A stretch of 64,000 nucleotides of DNA, taken from the NCBI GenBank assembly GCA_028534125.1, contig CM052816.1, forward strand, positions 47,122,001 to 47,186,000, read 5' to 3'. The notes below the pieces were generated by a model. It saw nothing but the letters and a program-made list of their open reading frames with translations. It made no database searches and was not told the origin of the DNA. Source of the DNA: Lama glama (Eukaryota). Positions 39,374 to 52,388 of this stretch are shown here, piece after piece. Numbering within the stretch: position 1 is the stretch's first letter; each line of letters opens with the position of its first letter. A program made the position numbers and the translations under genes.

Positions 39374-42300
39374 AAGGTTATGACAAGTGAACATATGTAC
39401 TTCTTAGTTCTGTATTTCTTGTCTTTCAAGAAATAGGCTATTTTCCCCCCATTTAAAAAATAGATTTTTTAGGATGCATCAGCAATATATTTACCATTAA
39501 GTCTAATGCATGGTTATAAGATTAATACATCCATCAGTTTTGTTTACTTTCTGAAATCACATAAGAAAATAAAAATATAATTCCTTTTTTTATGTTTATA
39601 AGTTTAGTACTTCTGAAAAATGACAAATAAAGGATTGAAATCCTTCATTTATGACCTAGACAAATAAAAGGAATAAAACATGATAGATAAAACTCTATCA
39701 TAGTTATTTAAGCTATTAAGTTTTAAATATTTATGCTATTAAATTTTACTTTAGGAATAATTTAGACGAGGCATTTTTTTCATTTAAAACCAAGAAGTTT
39801 TCACTCAAAAGTTTAAAAACGTATGTGGCACATTTTAATTTAATATTAAGTACAATTATTCAAACAATTAGACTTACTTGTTATCTGTTTACTCCTATTC
39901 CTAGAACATTTCTAGTACAGTCTTAGTGACCAATTTTCTAGACAGAGCTTGCAGTTTATCAGCTTGCTTCCATTCAGTAATCATTAGAGCATCTGGACGC
40001 ATTAAATAAAAATACAATATATGACAGATTTTGATAATGTATATGGTTTACCTTAAATATATGTAGTGATTGCCTATTGACTATATTCATGCAAACTGTA
40101 TCTATATTTATATATGTTATATGTAAATACATATATATATTTAGAAACTATATTATAGAATGAGTCTTCTATTATAGCATATGTTTTTCTTTGTCCTTGA
40201 ATGGCTCTTCAGTTCACTACATGAATCAGCTATGCTCATCACAGCTGAAAACTGGCATTGCTTTTACGTTGCTTATGTGGACTGGGGGTAGTGGCAGAAG
40301 GGAGGAAGGCTGCAGAGGTTCTGGTGCAGCGAATGGTGAGAAATCTCAGTGGTGGGGTCCCATAGTTTCTTTAGAAACCATAATCCAATACAGTTCTCCT
40401 AGGCTTTGTATTTGCAATTATTGGCGGTTAGTAAATATTTTCATTTGTTCAGAACAGTAGCTTGTTTTTCCCAGGTTCATGTCCTCCTATGAATGTATTA
40501 TCATAAAGAGAAATATACAGAAAGAAATCAGTAATTTGCTACTGCTGCTTTTGCTGGAGAACATACCTAGAGTTGCCCATGTGGGAAGTAGTCGATTGCA
40601 AATCTTCTGCCGCTTGGAATCCCTGTCCCTTAGAAACCATTGCTTATTGACTCCCTTCCATTTGCAGCTTGTTGCCTGCGGCATGCCTCTCCCAGTGAGC
40701 AGTCACATGGCCCCTTATTGGGTGTCAGTTTTAGCTCTCATTACTATGCAGAAGATTGAAGAGGGAACAAGAGTTCTTTCTTAAACCAGATGTTGAAGTT
40801 ACTACCTCTTCTTTAGTTTTTCTCTTATTTCTCTTTCTTTTTCATCTTAAATTAACCCCTGATAAACTCCTGTCATAGAACTGTTCTATTTTATACCCCA
40901 GAGAAGGCTTATCTGGGGACAAAATCTGGGCTCAATACAAGAGTCCGTGCCCTGGATATCATCTGGCAACTGCATAGTTCACTTTCCTTACTTGGAATGA
41001 CTTTCCCTTGACCATCTGCAGGTTCTCACCTCAGACTGCTATAAGGCTGTTATATTTTTTGTCATCTATTTTTCCCGTCTATCAGCTTAGTTTTCCTGTG
41101 CACTCTCCTGTACTGTTTGCCTAGTTATATCTTAAGTCAGTTGAAAAAGAACCATGTCCCATTTTACTTTTGTTTATAACCCTGCATTAGGTTTCAGATC
41201 ATTGTACCTGGATTCTAGCTAATGAGACTCGCTAGGGGAATCACGTCTTTAAAGAAAAGTGCTTCTTAATTGTGGTATCAGTTTTATAGTTTTCCATTGG
41301 AGGGAAAATAATTTTGAACCGATGATCCCATTTTTACAAGAGAATTAATTTTATAATTCCCTTAGTAGGCAAAGTTACCTAAAGTTAAGAAACTGAAGGC
41401 TAGACATCAAGTGTCCTACTTCTCTTTTACTCTAAGGCACATATCCCAATTGCTGGATTCATTTTGACATCACATCTGTGGAGTAAGTATTGCACACGTG
41501 GAACATGAAGTAGTGCATATGATTAAAATAGGCTTTTATATCTCAAACTAAAATCTGCAGCAAAAATAATAATGAAGAAAACAATAATAGGCATTAGTAT
41601 CATGCTTTTCTATTTTAAATATGTATCTACTCAAAATTACCACTCTAACAAAGACCAATTAAAGTAAGATACAATCAAAAGTGAAAAGATAGTAGCACCT
41701 CCCTTTGAAGTGGAAAAAAATTCCCTTGGTCCAACTAGGAAGTGCTGACTTGGAAAAATTGGTAGTTTGACATTGGGAAAGAAATAAAATTGTCATGAAT
41801 ATAGGTGAAAAGGGATTATATTTGTCAAGAAGAGACTCCTACTGGATGAACTGTCTGAGGGCTGCAGCATGTCATATCTTGTCTTGGGGAGTTAATGACT
41901 GGTAATGTTGAAGGAATAGGTCTTTTGTCAGATCATTACAGCAGTCCTCCTCACAACTGCCTCAAGATGTAATGACTGGTTCAGATAAGGGGCCCAAATA
42001 CTTCAGGTGAAACATGACTCAATCCAATCACCTTTTCCTGATTAGGAGAAAGAACCCAAGGCATTTTTACCTAGAAAGCTCTGAGGGTAAGCCCTCAGGC
42101 AAGAACACAGAAGCTGCTTTTGGTTCTCAGGAAATGAGGGCTGAAGACTGCTTGGCCTCTGATTCTGGGCAACTGTAACATTGCTCAGCCCTGCTCTATT
42201 ATAGACTATACTCTTTGTACTTAAACATTCTGAAAGAGGTAGAAGAAAAAATTAAACTGGTAAACTGAATGAGGCTGGATGAAAGGTGTTACATTCCTGA

Positions 42301-43013
42301 ATTAAATGAAACATTTTATTGCCCTTAAAACAAAGAACAAGATCTCACACAGTTTAGATAACACAAGTCTATCAGGAAGACATAGAGAAACTGTCCCTTT
42401 CCAAGATTGCTAGAGATTCAATTTAATGTCTGGGTATATTGAAGGAGCATTGGTTTTTCTCACCCCTACTGCATATCAGGTATTGCTGTGTATCTGGAAC
42501 TCATTTGCTAATGTTAACCTCGGGAGGACACAGAAAGGCTTCTCTTGGAAAAAAGAAAACAAAAACCAAAAAACCAGGAGACATCATTAAGATTAAAAAA
42601 TAGACTTTTAAACCATACTTTAACAGTTAATTAAAAACATTTTTTTCCTCTGGTTTAAAAAATCTCATAAAAGTTTTAAATGAGACAGTGCCTAGTGCAC
42701 TCTGAAGCTCATGGTAGTTTCTCAGCAGATGTTAGTGTTCTTTCATTCCCTTTAGTCAAAAAGAATTAATATCTTCATTTCAATTATAAAGCAGTTCAAT
42801 TATAGAAATTTGGAAAATTCTAAAAAGCATGAATGAGAAACCAAATCATCTTATGATTCTACTATCCAATAGTAAACACGTAAGATATTGTTTATTCATT
42901 TTCTTACAAACATTCTAAACACTTCACACACTCAAAAATCACCTAGCAAGCTTTTCTTCATGATTTCACCAATAGTAGATTTCAGAGTTAGCAGTGATCC
43001 ATTCATATAATCT

Positions 43014-43147
43014 TTTTGTTGGGGGGGGGAGTGGTATCTAAGTTTATTTATTTATTTGTTTATTTAATGGAGGTACCAGGGAATTAAACACAGGACCTCG
43101 TGCATGCTAAGCATGCACTCTACCACTAAGCTATACCCTCCCCCACA
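43014..43147 (-). mobile_element. tRNA-Ala-derived SINE (Vic-1-like)
   Basis: Minus strand GGGGAGGGTATAGCTTAGTGGTAGAGTGCATGCTTAGCATGCACGAGGTCC; perfect 15-bp TSD CCATTCATATAATCT at 42999-43013 and 43148-43162. Confidence 0.93.
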
Positions 43148-43282
43148 CCATTCATATAATCTATTAATTATTTTAGAGAGCCATAATAGCAAACTGGTGG
43201 ATGCCACTTAAACATCTAGATTCATCATACATTGTATAAGTGAGGGGCATTGTAACAGAGTTGTTATGATCTTTAAAAATTA

Positions 43283-45078
43283 GGTTCCACCTCTGGCAAA
43301 GGTAGAGTAGCTCCCATTGAGCAAACTGTTTCACAGGTGACAATGATAAAATATGGACAAAATGTCAACAGTTATCTAAAGGCATGGTAATATGACCAAA
43401 AGCAACAAAAAACTGGAGGGGATCAGAAAAATTAATTGATAAAGATAATGACATTAAGTGAATTTCCAACTAGTTTTTAACTAAATGGTGCCATGCTGGT
43501 TGATTAGAAACTAGATAAAAACTTGCAGTCTTACTGGCTTAAAAAACTAATGTTCAATTAGCCTAAAAATTATAGATAAATAGACAGGGAGGAACGAAAA
43601 GCTGATGGGACAAAACACAAAGCAAATTGTAATATGGTAAGAATAAGTAGAGCCAACAGTTACACTAAATATAAAATGGTTAAAGACTCCAACTAAGGGC
43701 AGAACTTTTCAGGATGGATAATAAAAAACAAAGCCCAAATAAATGTTTTCTAAAAGAAATTTAAAGACATGGCTAGGTTGAAAGGGATAAGATGGAATAT
43801 TATACAAGCCACACAAATAATCAAAGAAGGTTGAAGTGGCTATATTAATAGCAGATGAAATAGTCTTCAAGACAAAGGAAATTAACAAAGATAGGAATAA
43901 TTCATAATAACAAAAGGATCAATTATTAAGAAGATAAAACAGTAAAAGGCCTTCAAAACACATAAAGTAAAAATTGACAGTTAAATAAAGAAATATAAAA
44001 ATCTACAATCATGGACTATTTAAAACTCCTCTCCCAGAAATTCATAGAACAGCCAGAAAAAAATCAGTAAACTGTAGATCTGAACACTACCAACTTGCTT
44101 GCCCTAACTGACATTTACTAGAATATTACATACAATGATTGCTGGAATATCCATTCTTTTTGTGTACACATAGTATACACATCAAAATAGATCATCATAT
44201 GCTGAGCCATAAAACAAGTTATAATAAATCTTAAAAGATTGAAATCTTAAAAAGTATCTCCCCTGATAACAATGAAATGAAATTAAAAATCAATAATAAG
44301 AAGATATATTTCCAAAAATGCAAATATTTGAAATTCACATGACATGTTTAATTAGCCCAGTGGGTTAAAAAAGGAAATCACAATGGAAATTGGAAAATAT
44401 TTCAAACTAAATGATAATAAAAAGCACATATCAAAATTTATGAGATGTGTCTAAAATAGTGCTTAGAGGAAAAGTTACAGTTCTAAATGCATATGTTAGA
44501 AAAGAAATTGTAAAAATAGTAACTTAAGTTTCCAAGTTAAAAAGCTGGATTAAGAAAAGCAAAGTAAACTCAAAATAAGTGGGAAAAGGGAAATAATAAA
44601 AATAAGAGCAGGAAGCATGAAATAGGAAACAACAGAAAAAACTGACAAAGCCAAAAACTGGCTCTTTAAAAAGAATAACAAAAGTGATAATCTCCTAGTT
44701 AGACTGATGAAGAGAAAAAAAAAGACAACACAAGTTAACAGTGTTGAGAATCAAAGAGGGTGTATCAGTATAGATCTTAAAGAATTAAATGGATAATAAG
44801 GAAACAATGAATATCTTTATGCCAATAAATTCAACAACTTATATGACATAGACATAACCTTTGAAAAATATAATGTACTCTACTGACAAAAAAAATCAAG
44901 CAGAAAATCTGAATAGTCCTTTATTTGAAAAAACTGAATTTTTAAATAAAAAACCTTTCTGCAAAGAAAGCTCTAGGCCCACATGATTTCACTGATGAAT
45001 CCTATCAAACATTTAAAGAAATAACCCCTGGCAGATGTAAATTCTTTTAGGAAATGTAGCAGGAGAGAACACTTCCTA
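43283..45078 (+). mobile_element. Old L1M/L1ME element: short 5' end joined to the 5' half of ORF2
   Basis: A-rich degraded endonuclease-to-RT sequence (gaagtggctatattaata...; tatgccaataaattcaacaactt; ctctaggcccacatgatttcactgatgaat). Confidence 0.8.
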
Positions 45079-45180
45079 AAAAAATAAAATAAATGGTAGC
45101 TATTTTGAAAGTAGGGCAATATAATTCTAAACCGAGAAAGCATTCAACATTTGACCCTAAAACAAAGTTAAGAAAATATC

Positions 45181-45504
45181 TGTCTTAGTCCATTTCGGCT
45201 GCTACAACAAAATATCACAGACTGAGTAGCTTATAAATGACAGACATTTATTTCTCACAGTTCTGCGGGCTGGGGAAGTCCAAGATCAGTATGCCAGGAT
45301 GGTCACAGTCTGGTGAAGGCCTTTTTGGCTGATAGCTGGTGACTTTGCTGTGTCCTCACATAGTGGAAGCGGGTAAGGAGCTCTCTGGGATCTCTTGACC
45401 TAAGTACTTCCCCAAAGCCCCATCTCCTAATATCATCTTCTCTCAGGGTTAGGATTTCAACATACAAATTTGGCAGTGGGAACCCAAACATTCAGACCAT
45501 AGCA
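45181..45504 (-). mobile_element. MaLR solo LTR (MLT1A0-like)
   Basis: tgtcttagtccatt...aacattcagaccatagca termini; TSD atatc/gtatc (4 of 5 match). Confidence 0.9.
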
Positions 45505-45863
45505 GTATCCTTTTCAGTTCATAGGTCAACAGCAGGAAAAGGTATGAGGAGAGGTAGCTGCATGGTTTAATATTTTATGCTTTTCTTTTGGATTCTGAAA
45601 GATAACGATTATTTTTCTTTCAGACATTGACTAAGTAATATATGCACATAGTAAAGAAAACAAAAATAACAACAAAACCTTGAACAATTACAAGGATGCA
45701 AACAGTGAAAGGGACTATTCTTCCTCGGCTTCACCTACCATCCTCCAGTCTCCATTTTCTTTCCCCAAAAGTAATCAGTTTTCAATTTCTTTTCAGTCTT
45801 TACAATAATATTCTCTGCATACATAAGTATATGTGTATGTATCAATATATATGCCTATCCTTT

Positions 45864-46222
45864 AAAATTTTTTTTTAAATTGAAGTATAATTGACCTACA
45901 ACATTCTGTTTTAGGAGCAGAATATAGTGATTCAATTTATCTATACATTACAAAATGATAAACTGCAGTGAGTCTAGTTACCGTATCTATCACCATACAA
46001 AGTTATTACAATATTATTGACTATATTCCTCATGTTGTACATTTCACCCCATGACTTATTTATTTTGTAACTAGAAATTTCTACCTCTTAATCTCCTTCA
46101 CCTATTTCACTCATCCCCTCCACTCACATCCCCTCTGGCAACCACCTGATTGTTCTCTGTATCTATGAGTCTGTATGTATGAGTTTATTTGTTTTCTGTT
46201 TTAGATTCCATATATATATATG

Positions 46223-46269
<47 letters not shown>

Positions 46270-48259
46270 CACAACATTTCACTTAGCATAATACTTCTAG
46301 TTCCATCCATGGTGTCACAAATGACAAGATTTCATTCATTTATATGGCTGAGTAATATTCCATTGTATATAGATACCATATCATCTTTATCCATTCATCT
46401 ATTGATGGGCACTTAAGTTGCTGCAATATCTTGGCAATTGTAAATAATTCTGCAAAGAACATGTATCTTTTCTAATTATTGTTTTTGTTTTCTTCAGAAA
46501 AAATGCACATAAGTGGAACTGTTAGATCATATGGCAGTTCTATTTTTAATTTTTTGAGGAATCTCCATACTGTTTTCCATAGTGATTACACAAATTTACA
46601 TTTCCACCAACAGTGCATGAGGGTTCCCTTTTCTCCACATCCTCACCAACACTTGTCATTTGTCGTCTTTTAGATAATAGTCATTCTGACAGGTGTAAGG
46701 TGATAACTCGTGGTTTTGATTTGTATTTCCTTGATGATTAGTGATGCTGAGCAACTTTTCATGTGTCTGTTGGTCATCTACATGTCTTCTTTGGAAAAAA
46801 TGTCTGTTATGTCCTTTGCTTATTTTTGAATTGGGTTTCTGTGCTTTTTGATGTTGAGTTGCATGAGTTTTTTGTATATTTTGGATATTAATCCCATATT
46901 AGATAAATTGTTTGCAAATATCTTCTCCCATTCAGTAGGCTGCCTTTTTGTTTTGTTGATAGTTTTCTTCTGTGTGTAAAAGCTTTTTAGTTTGATGTAG
47001 TCCCATCTGTTTATTTTTGTTTTGCTTTTTGTTTCTCTTGCCTGAGCAGACAGACCCACATATCAGAGACAGATCAAATATTGCTGAGCTGATGTCAAAG
47101 AGCACACTGCCAATATTTTCTTCTAAAAATTTTATGGTTTCACATCTTACATTTAAGTTTTTAATCCATTTGAGTTTATTTTTGTATATGGTGTGAGAAA
47201 GTAGTCCAGTTTGATTATTTTCATGTAGCTGTCCAGTTTTCTTGACACTAGTTATTGAAGAGGCTGTCTTTTCTCTATTGTATATTCTTGCCTTCTTTGC
47301 CATAGATTAATTGAAAATAAAAGCACTGGTTTATTTCTGGGCTCTCCATTCCATTCCATTGATATATGTGTCTGTTTTTATACCAGTACCATACTGTTTT
47401 GGTTACTTTAGCTTTGTAGTATAGCTTGAAATCAAGGAATGTGTTATCTCCAGCTTTCTTCTCCTTTCTCAAGATTGTTTTGGCTATTCAGGTCTTTAGT
47501 GTTCCCATACAAATTTTACAATTATTTGTTCTAGTTCTGTGAAAAATGCCATTGGTATTTTGATAAGACTGAAGAATATGTAGATTGCCCTGGGGAGTAT
47601 GGTCATTTTAACAATATTAATTCTTCCAATCCATGAGTATGGTACATTTTTCCATTTGTTTGTGTCATCTTCAGTTTCTGTTATCAGTGTCTTACAGCTT
47701 TCCAAGTACAGGTCTTATACCTCCTTGGTTAGATTTAGCCTAGGTATTTTATTCTTTTTGATGTAATTATAAATGGGATTGTTTTCTTAATTTCTCTATT
47801 TCATTGTTAGCATATAGAAATGCAACAGATCCCTGTATATTAATTTTGTACCCTGAAACTTTACTGAATTCATTTATTAGTTTTAGTAGTTTTTTGGTAG
47901 TCTTAAGGAATTTCTATATAAAGTATCATGTCACCTGCAAACAGTGAAAGTTTTACTTCTTCTCTTTTAATTTGGATTCCTTTTATTTATTTTTCTTGTC
48001 TGATTGCTCTGGCTAGGACTTCCAATACTATTTTGAATAATGTGGTGAGAGTGGGCATCCTTTGTCTTGCTTCAGATCTTAGAGGAAGTGCTTTCAGCTT
48101 TTCACTATTGAGTATGATGTTAGCTGTGGGTTTCTCACATATGGCCTTTATTATATTGAAGTATGCTCCCTCTGTACCCACTTTGTTTAAAGTTATCATA
48201 AATGGATGTTGAACTGTGACAAAAGCTTTTTCTGCATCTATTGAGATAATTCTACGATT
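45864..48259 (-). mobile_element. 5'-truncated L1 (RT to 3' UTR), frameshifted ORF2
   Basis: Minus-strand ORFs 47987-48199, 47496-47705, 47275-47472, 46932-47303 and 46820-47059 are consecutive ORF2p pieces ([40 protein letters not shown]); perfect 16-bp TSD TATATGCCTATCCTTT at 45848-45863 and 48260-48275. Confidence 0.96.
46205..46264. repeat. (TA)n microsatellite with an embedded 22-bp palindrome
   Basis: attccatatatatatatggaat followed by about 19 AT units. Confidence 0.95.
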
Positions 48260-48406
48260 TATATGCCTATCCTTTTAAAAAACTTCCTTAAAATATAAAA
48301 TACTTGAAAATATTAAAATATTCTATTTGCTAAAATAATCATTGATCACTTCCCATTTCTTCTCTGAATTCCTCTCTGTTATACTTTTTAAAACAGTGTT
48401 GTGTAG

Positions 48407-49024
48407 CACGGATATATCTGGGATTTGGCCAGGGGCTATTGAATTGAGGAAATCATTTAATTTGGATTTAGGGGAACATATATAGGTGGTTTATAGTCAA
48501 TTGTGAATAGTTAACTTTTCTTGCTAGTTCCCCCAATGTAGGGAAAGCTCTTAGGAATCCTGCTTCCATTTGTGCTGACTCACCTAGCAAAGCTGCAGAG
48601 CCTAGGGTTGTGTTATGATATGAGTGTGTCCCATGCACTGGAAGTTATGTAGATAGTTGGAGGCATAGGGGCCAAGCTTGAAATGTACATAGGTAGAAGA
48701 CAGTTTGTGGGTTTGCTTTCCAATAATCAGAAATAGAAAATTGTAAAGGAAGAAAACGTAGGGGGAAAAGTACTATAGAAGGGTCCCAGGCAGTTAATAA
48801 AAATATTGTATTATTTCTCTGGATTCTATTTGTGGAATTATTTTTTTTAAACATTTGTAAATTTGTAAAATTTTAAAGTTATCATTTGTTCTGATTTCTT
48901 TTCTCATTCTAAGTAAACATTCATTTTCTTAACCAATTTTTAAATTTAGAATTTCAAATTATTTTAAAGAGGAAATCCCAAACTATATAAGCTACCAGCT
49001 ATATAGAAATTGGATTTGTCCCTG
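48407..49024 (-). mobile_element. hAT DNA transposon relic (MER96B-like)
   Basis: Degenerate TIRs cacggatatatctggg / ttggatttgtccctg; minus strand 'ttagaatgagaaaagaaatca...aatccagagaaataatacaatatttttattaactgcctg' matches recalled MER96B sequence. Confidence 0.7.
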
Positions 49025-49089
49025 TTTAAATTGGAGGAGAAAGTTGGGAAGAAAGTCAGGGTCAAGGGCAGGATACAGATGCTGCTTAA

Positions 49090-50110
49090 TTCTAGACTTT
49101 AAGGGCAAGTAGATATAAGACAGAAGCTAAAATTTAAATATCTAGGAGCAGAATAAAAAATAAAGTGTATAATTTCTAAACTACTAAAACAAGAAAGCAT
49201 GCAAGCTTGATTAATTCCACAAAAGTCAAAAAAGAAAAATAGTAAATAATATAAAAGAAAATAGCAGAAGTAAGTATAATCACAATAAATATGTAAGTTG
49301 AATCCCCCCTAATTAAAAAAAAAGGCTTTATCTAACTGGGTTTTAAAAATCCAGTCATGTGATTTTTTTCAAAAGAGTGAAGGAAAGTGGACTTTTAAAT
49401 TATGTTAGAACAAATTTGTATCAGAACCACCTAGAAACTTGATAACAGAATCACTTAGAGTAGTCATTACATTAGAATCAAGGGGTAGACTTTGGGATAA
49501 AGGGCTTTCTTTATTCAGGACCCTAGAAAGTTAAGCAAAATTGTTTGGTATATCTGGGTGCTGACAGTTGTGACTGCACCCGGAGAAAGAAACAGAATAC
49601 AGATGAACAGGATAGAAGGTACATTTACTTCTGCTCTTTACCATTTGCATTTTTTGTACTCTTTTGAATTTAATTTCTTAATTTATTTATTTTGATTTTC
49701 TTACCAGTTGAGTGTATCATTCACTCAAATAATATGTTTAATAGAATATTTTGGGGAAGCCATCACACATTTAGAATTATGTGATTTATGACAAAGGTGC
49801 AAGTCAGTGGAGGAAAGGACAATCTCTTGAAAAAATGGTTCTGGATCAGTTGAATAGACAATGAACTGACAAAGAACTTATATCCAAAATATACAAGGCA
49901 CCACTATAAATAAGAGAAAGACAACTGAATTTTTTGAGAAATGGGCAAAAGATCTGAATAGGCATTTCATAAGTCTAGATATCTAAAGAGTCAACAAGGA
50001 TTTGAAAAAAGATTCAGTATTATTCACGGAGAAAATGCAAATTAAAACCATAATCAGATACCACTACACACTAAAATTTTCAAAATTGGATACTGCTACT
50101 CTTATACATT
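49090..50110 (+). mobile_element. Cluster of degraded L1ME fragments
   Basis: 'gatttatgacaaaggtgc...gaaatgggcaaaagatctgaataggcatttca...aaatgcaaattaaaaccataatcagataccactacac' ORF2 remnants. Confidence 0.65.
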
Positions 50111-52153
50111 GCTCCTACTGTTACTCTCCCTTACACCTACCAGCAAATTCTCATCCTGCAACAAACTCCTTTGCTCATCAGAAGGCGATAGATTTTTCTC
50201 ACATGTAGTTTTTCCTTTCTAGTTCAGCTGGAAATATCAAGCACATAATAATAGTTAAGTCCGTAAAGACTTAACATCCTCCTTCATTATCTATTCATCC
50301 CACCTTTACTTTCTGTATGTTCCTTGGTTCCTTATTAGAAGACAAAGGGACCTGTGTTTCCACACTTATTAATGGATAGGGTCTGAATCTATCATACACA
50401 GTTTAACAGGTAAACGGTTTATGCACTGATGAGTGAATTCCTGGAGAGAGGACACATGGAGAGCTCCTCAAAGACAGAAAACCTAAAAATTTGGTATTAG
50501 CCTTAAGGTGTTCTATACATACTAATCACTCTCTAAGTGAGGAATGAATTGAGCATGATTATGGTAAGAAAAAAGCTGATGACCAGGATATTTAAGAAAG
50601 TGAAGTTGCTCTCACATTCCAGGCATGACAGGGGAATGACTCTTACTTCGTCTATGCCATTTTCATTCTATCTCATGATACAGAAACATATTTTCTTTCT
50701 TCTATGTAGATGCCTAGAACCATGAATGAAAAAAAAAATCCACTTTTTTCTCTTTTTCCTCATAGTCATCACACATTGAAATCACTTTATTCTATGGCCA
50801 CAGATTTCCCTCTAGTGTCTCTTCAAACGTAACCTGTACTCTTCCAATCTGTTCTCTCCACAGCACTCCTGCAATCAAATCAGAGCTTTCGGGGGCTAGT
50901 GTTACCTCTTGGTCCCAGTGCTTTCAAAATTCACTTTCAGGAAAAAGAACTGATAGAGAATTCACTTTTTTCTATGGGTAACTGCTTTAAGGAATTATTG
51001 TTTAAAATGCAAACAAATGAATTTCTAATGGTGAACTTTTAAGGTCTGACAAGCTGGTAGAGGAATGGAGGTTAGTTTTTAGGCTAGTAACCCCTCTGAC
51101 CTTGTCTCTGCTCCTTGTAACTACAATAATCTCTTTTCCAGTAAAGCTAGCTCTGTTTTCAACAGACTACAAAGTATAACTATCTGATCTGCCCTTAGTC
51201 CCATGTAACTTTGATCTATTTTCTTTCAGAGGTATTGCCTTCTCAAAAAGCCAGGAGGAACTGGCAAGAAGTTGAAAAGAATTTTTTTTTCCTCCAGACT
51301 AAAATGACCTAAGTTGTAAGGACTGGGTGATGTCAGTTTCTCTGGAAAGAAAAGTGTTGTTTTTCATGGTTGGTAGTAAACAAAGAACAAAATACATCAT
51401 TTGTAACACTTACCTAAAACAACCCTTTGGTTTATGACCTATTGCCCAAGTTAATGGCAGCTTACAAGGGACCTATCTGTAGGTGGGGATGCTGAATATA
51501 ATAAAATGCCAGCATTCACAACTTCTGTATAAAGGATTAGCAGTTACAAGATCCAACCATAGCTGCTTTTGCACTGAGTGTGAATATTTCCACTGTCAAG
51601 TAAGAAAAGACATCATTTCAATAGTTTATAACATATGGTGTTCAAAAGGTACAAACCTGCAGCTTTAACATTTTAAAGTCAGCGCCTCAAAGTATGGAAG
51701 GTCCATAGTCCCCATAGGCCAAAGAGATCAATTGTATTGCATATTATGTTAATAACTTCTTGCCATTATTTGAAGTGGAAGTAAGTAACCAAGGCAAAAA
51801 ACTCAGAAAGAGATGGTGGGTTCAATTCCTTTTGGTACATAAATTGTGCCCTAGTAAAAGATAGCTATAAAACTCTGCAAATTCTCATATAATTCAAACA
51901 CTGCTTTCTTTTTGTATAAGTAGTAAATTACCAAATAAACACCAGTGATATGGGCGTTAACATTAGCATCCTTATACCTCAATCAAAACTGGACAGCTCA
52001 GAAAGATTTACAAATTCTGTCTTCAATTTGTGTCTTAGACATAGTTTCTTATTTTTACATAGACACCTGAAATCTGTTATCCGTACATGAACTAATCCAT
52101 GGAACTGGTGACCACAGCCTAAGGAACTAGCATGTCAAGATGACTAAGTATAT

Positions 52154-52375
52154 TAATAACAATAATAATAATTGCACTTGCCATACATAGTGCTTAATGT
52201 GTCAGGAATGGCTTTAAGCCCTTAAATATTAACTCATTTATTCCTTGCAAAACCCTATAAGGTAATTATTATTCCCAATTTACAGAGGAACAATGAGGTA
52301 AAATCATTTTTAACATTACATCGTTAGGAACTGCCAGAATTTGAACTTAGGAACTCTGGCTCTGAAGAACCATTT
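52154..52375 (-). mobile_element. MIR SINE
   Basis: 'attaactcatttattcctt...ccctataaggta...attcccaatttacagagga...gaatttgaacttagg'. Confidence 0.8.
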
Positions 52376-52388
52376 ATCCCCACCTGAG

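Noticed and set aside
42081..42098. Hairpin ctgaggg-taag-ccctcag as a structured RNA or terminator
   Set aside because: A 7-bp stem is expected by chance at this window size and has no supporting context.
41790..42240. Possible LTR33-like LTR (and another LTR-like stretch at ~17590-17830)
   Set aside because: Only vague motif similarity with no clear termini or TSD; not supportable without a profile search.
43070..43147. tRNA-Ala(AGC) gene (also 12078-12155 and 17490-17564)
   Set aside because: Degenerate stems and boxes, A-rich tails and TSDs show these are SINE copies, not tRNA genes.
46820..48199. Active reverse transcriptase gene or novel RT system
   Set aside because: This is an ordinary 5'-truncated L1 ORF2, broken by multiple frameshifts and bounded by a TSD.
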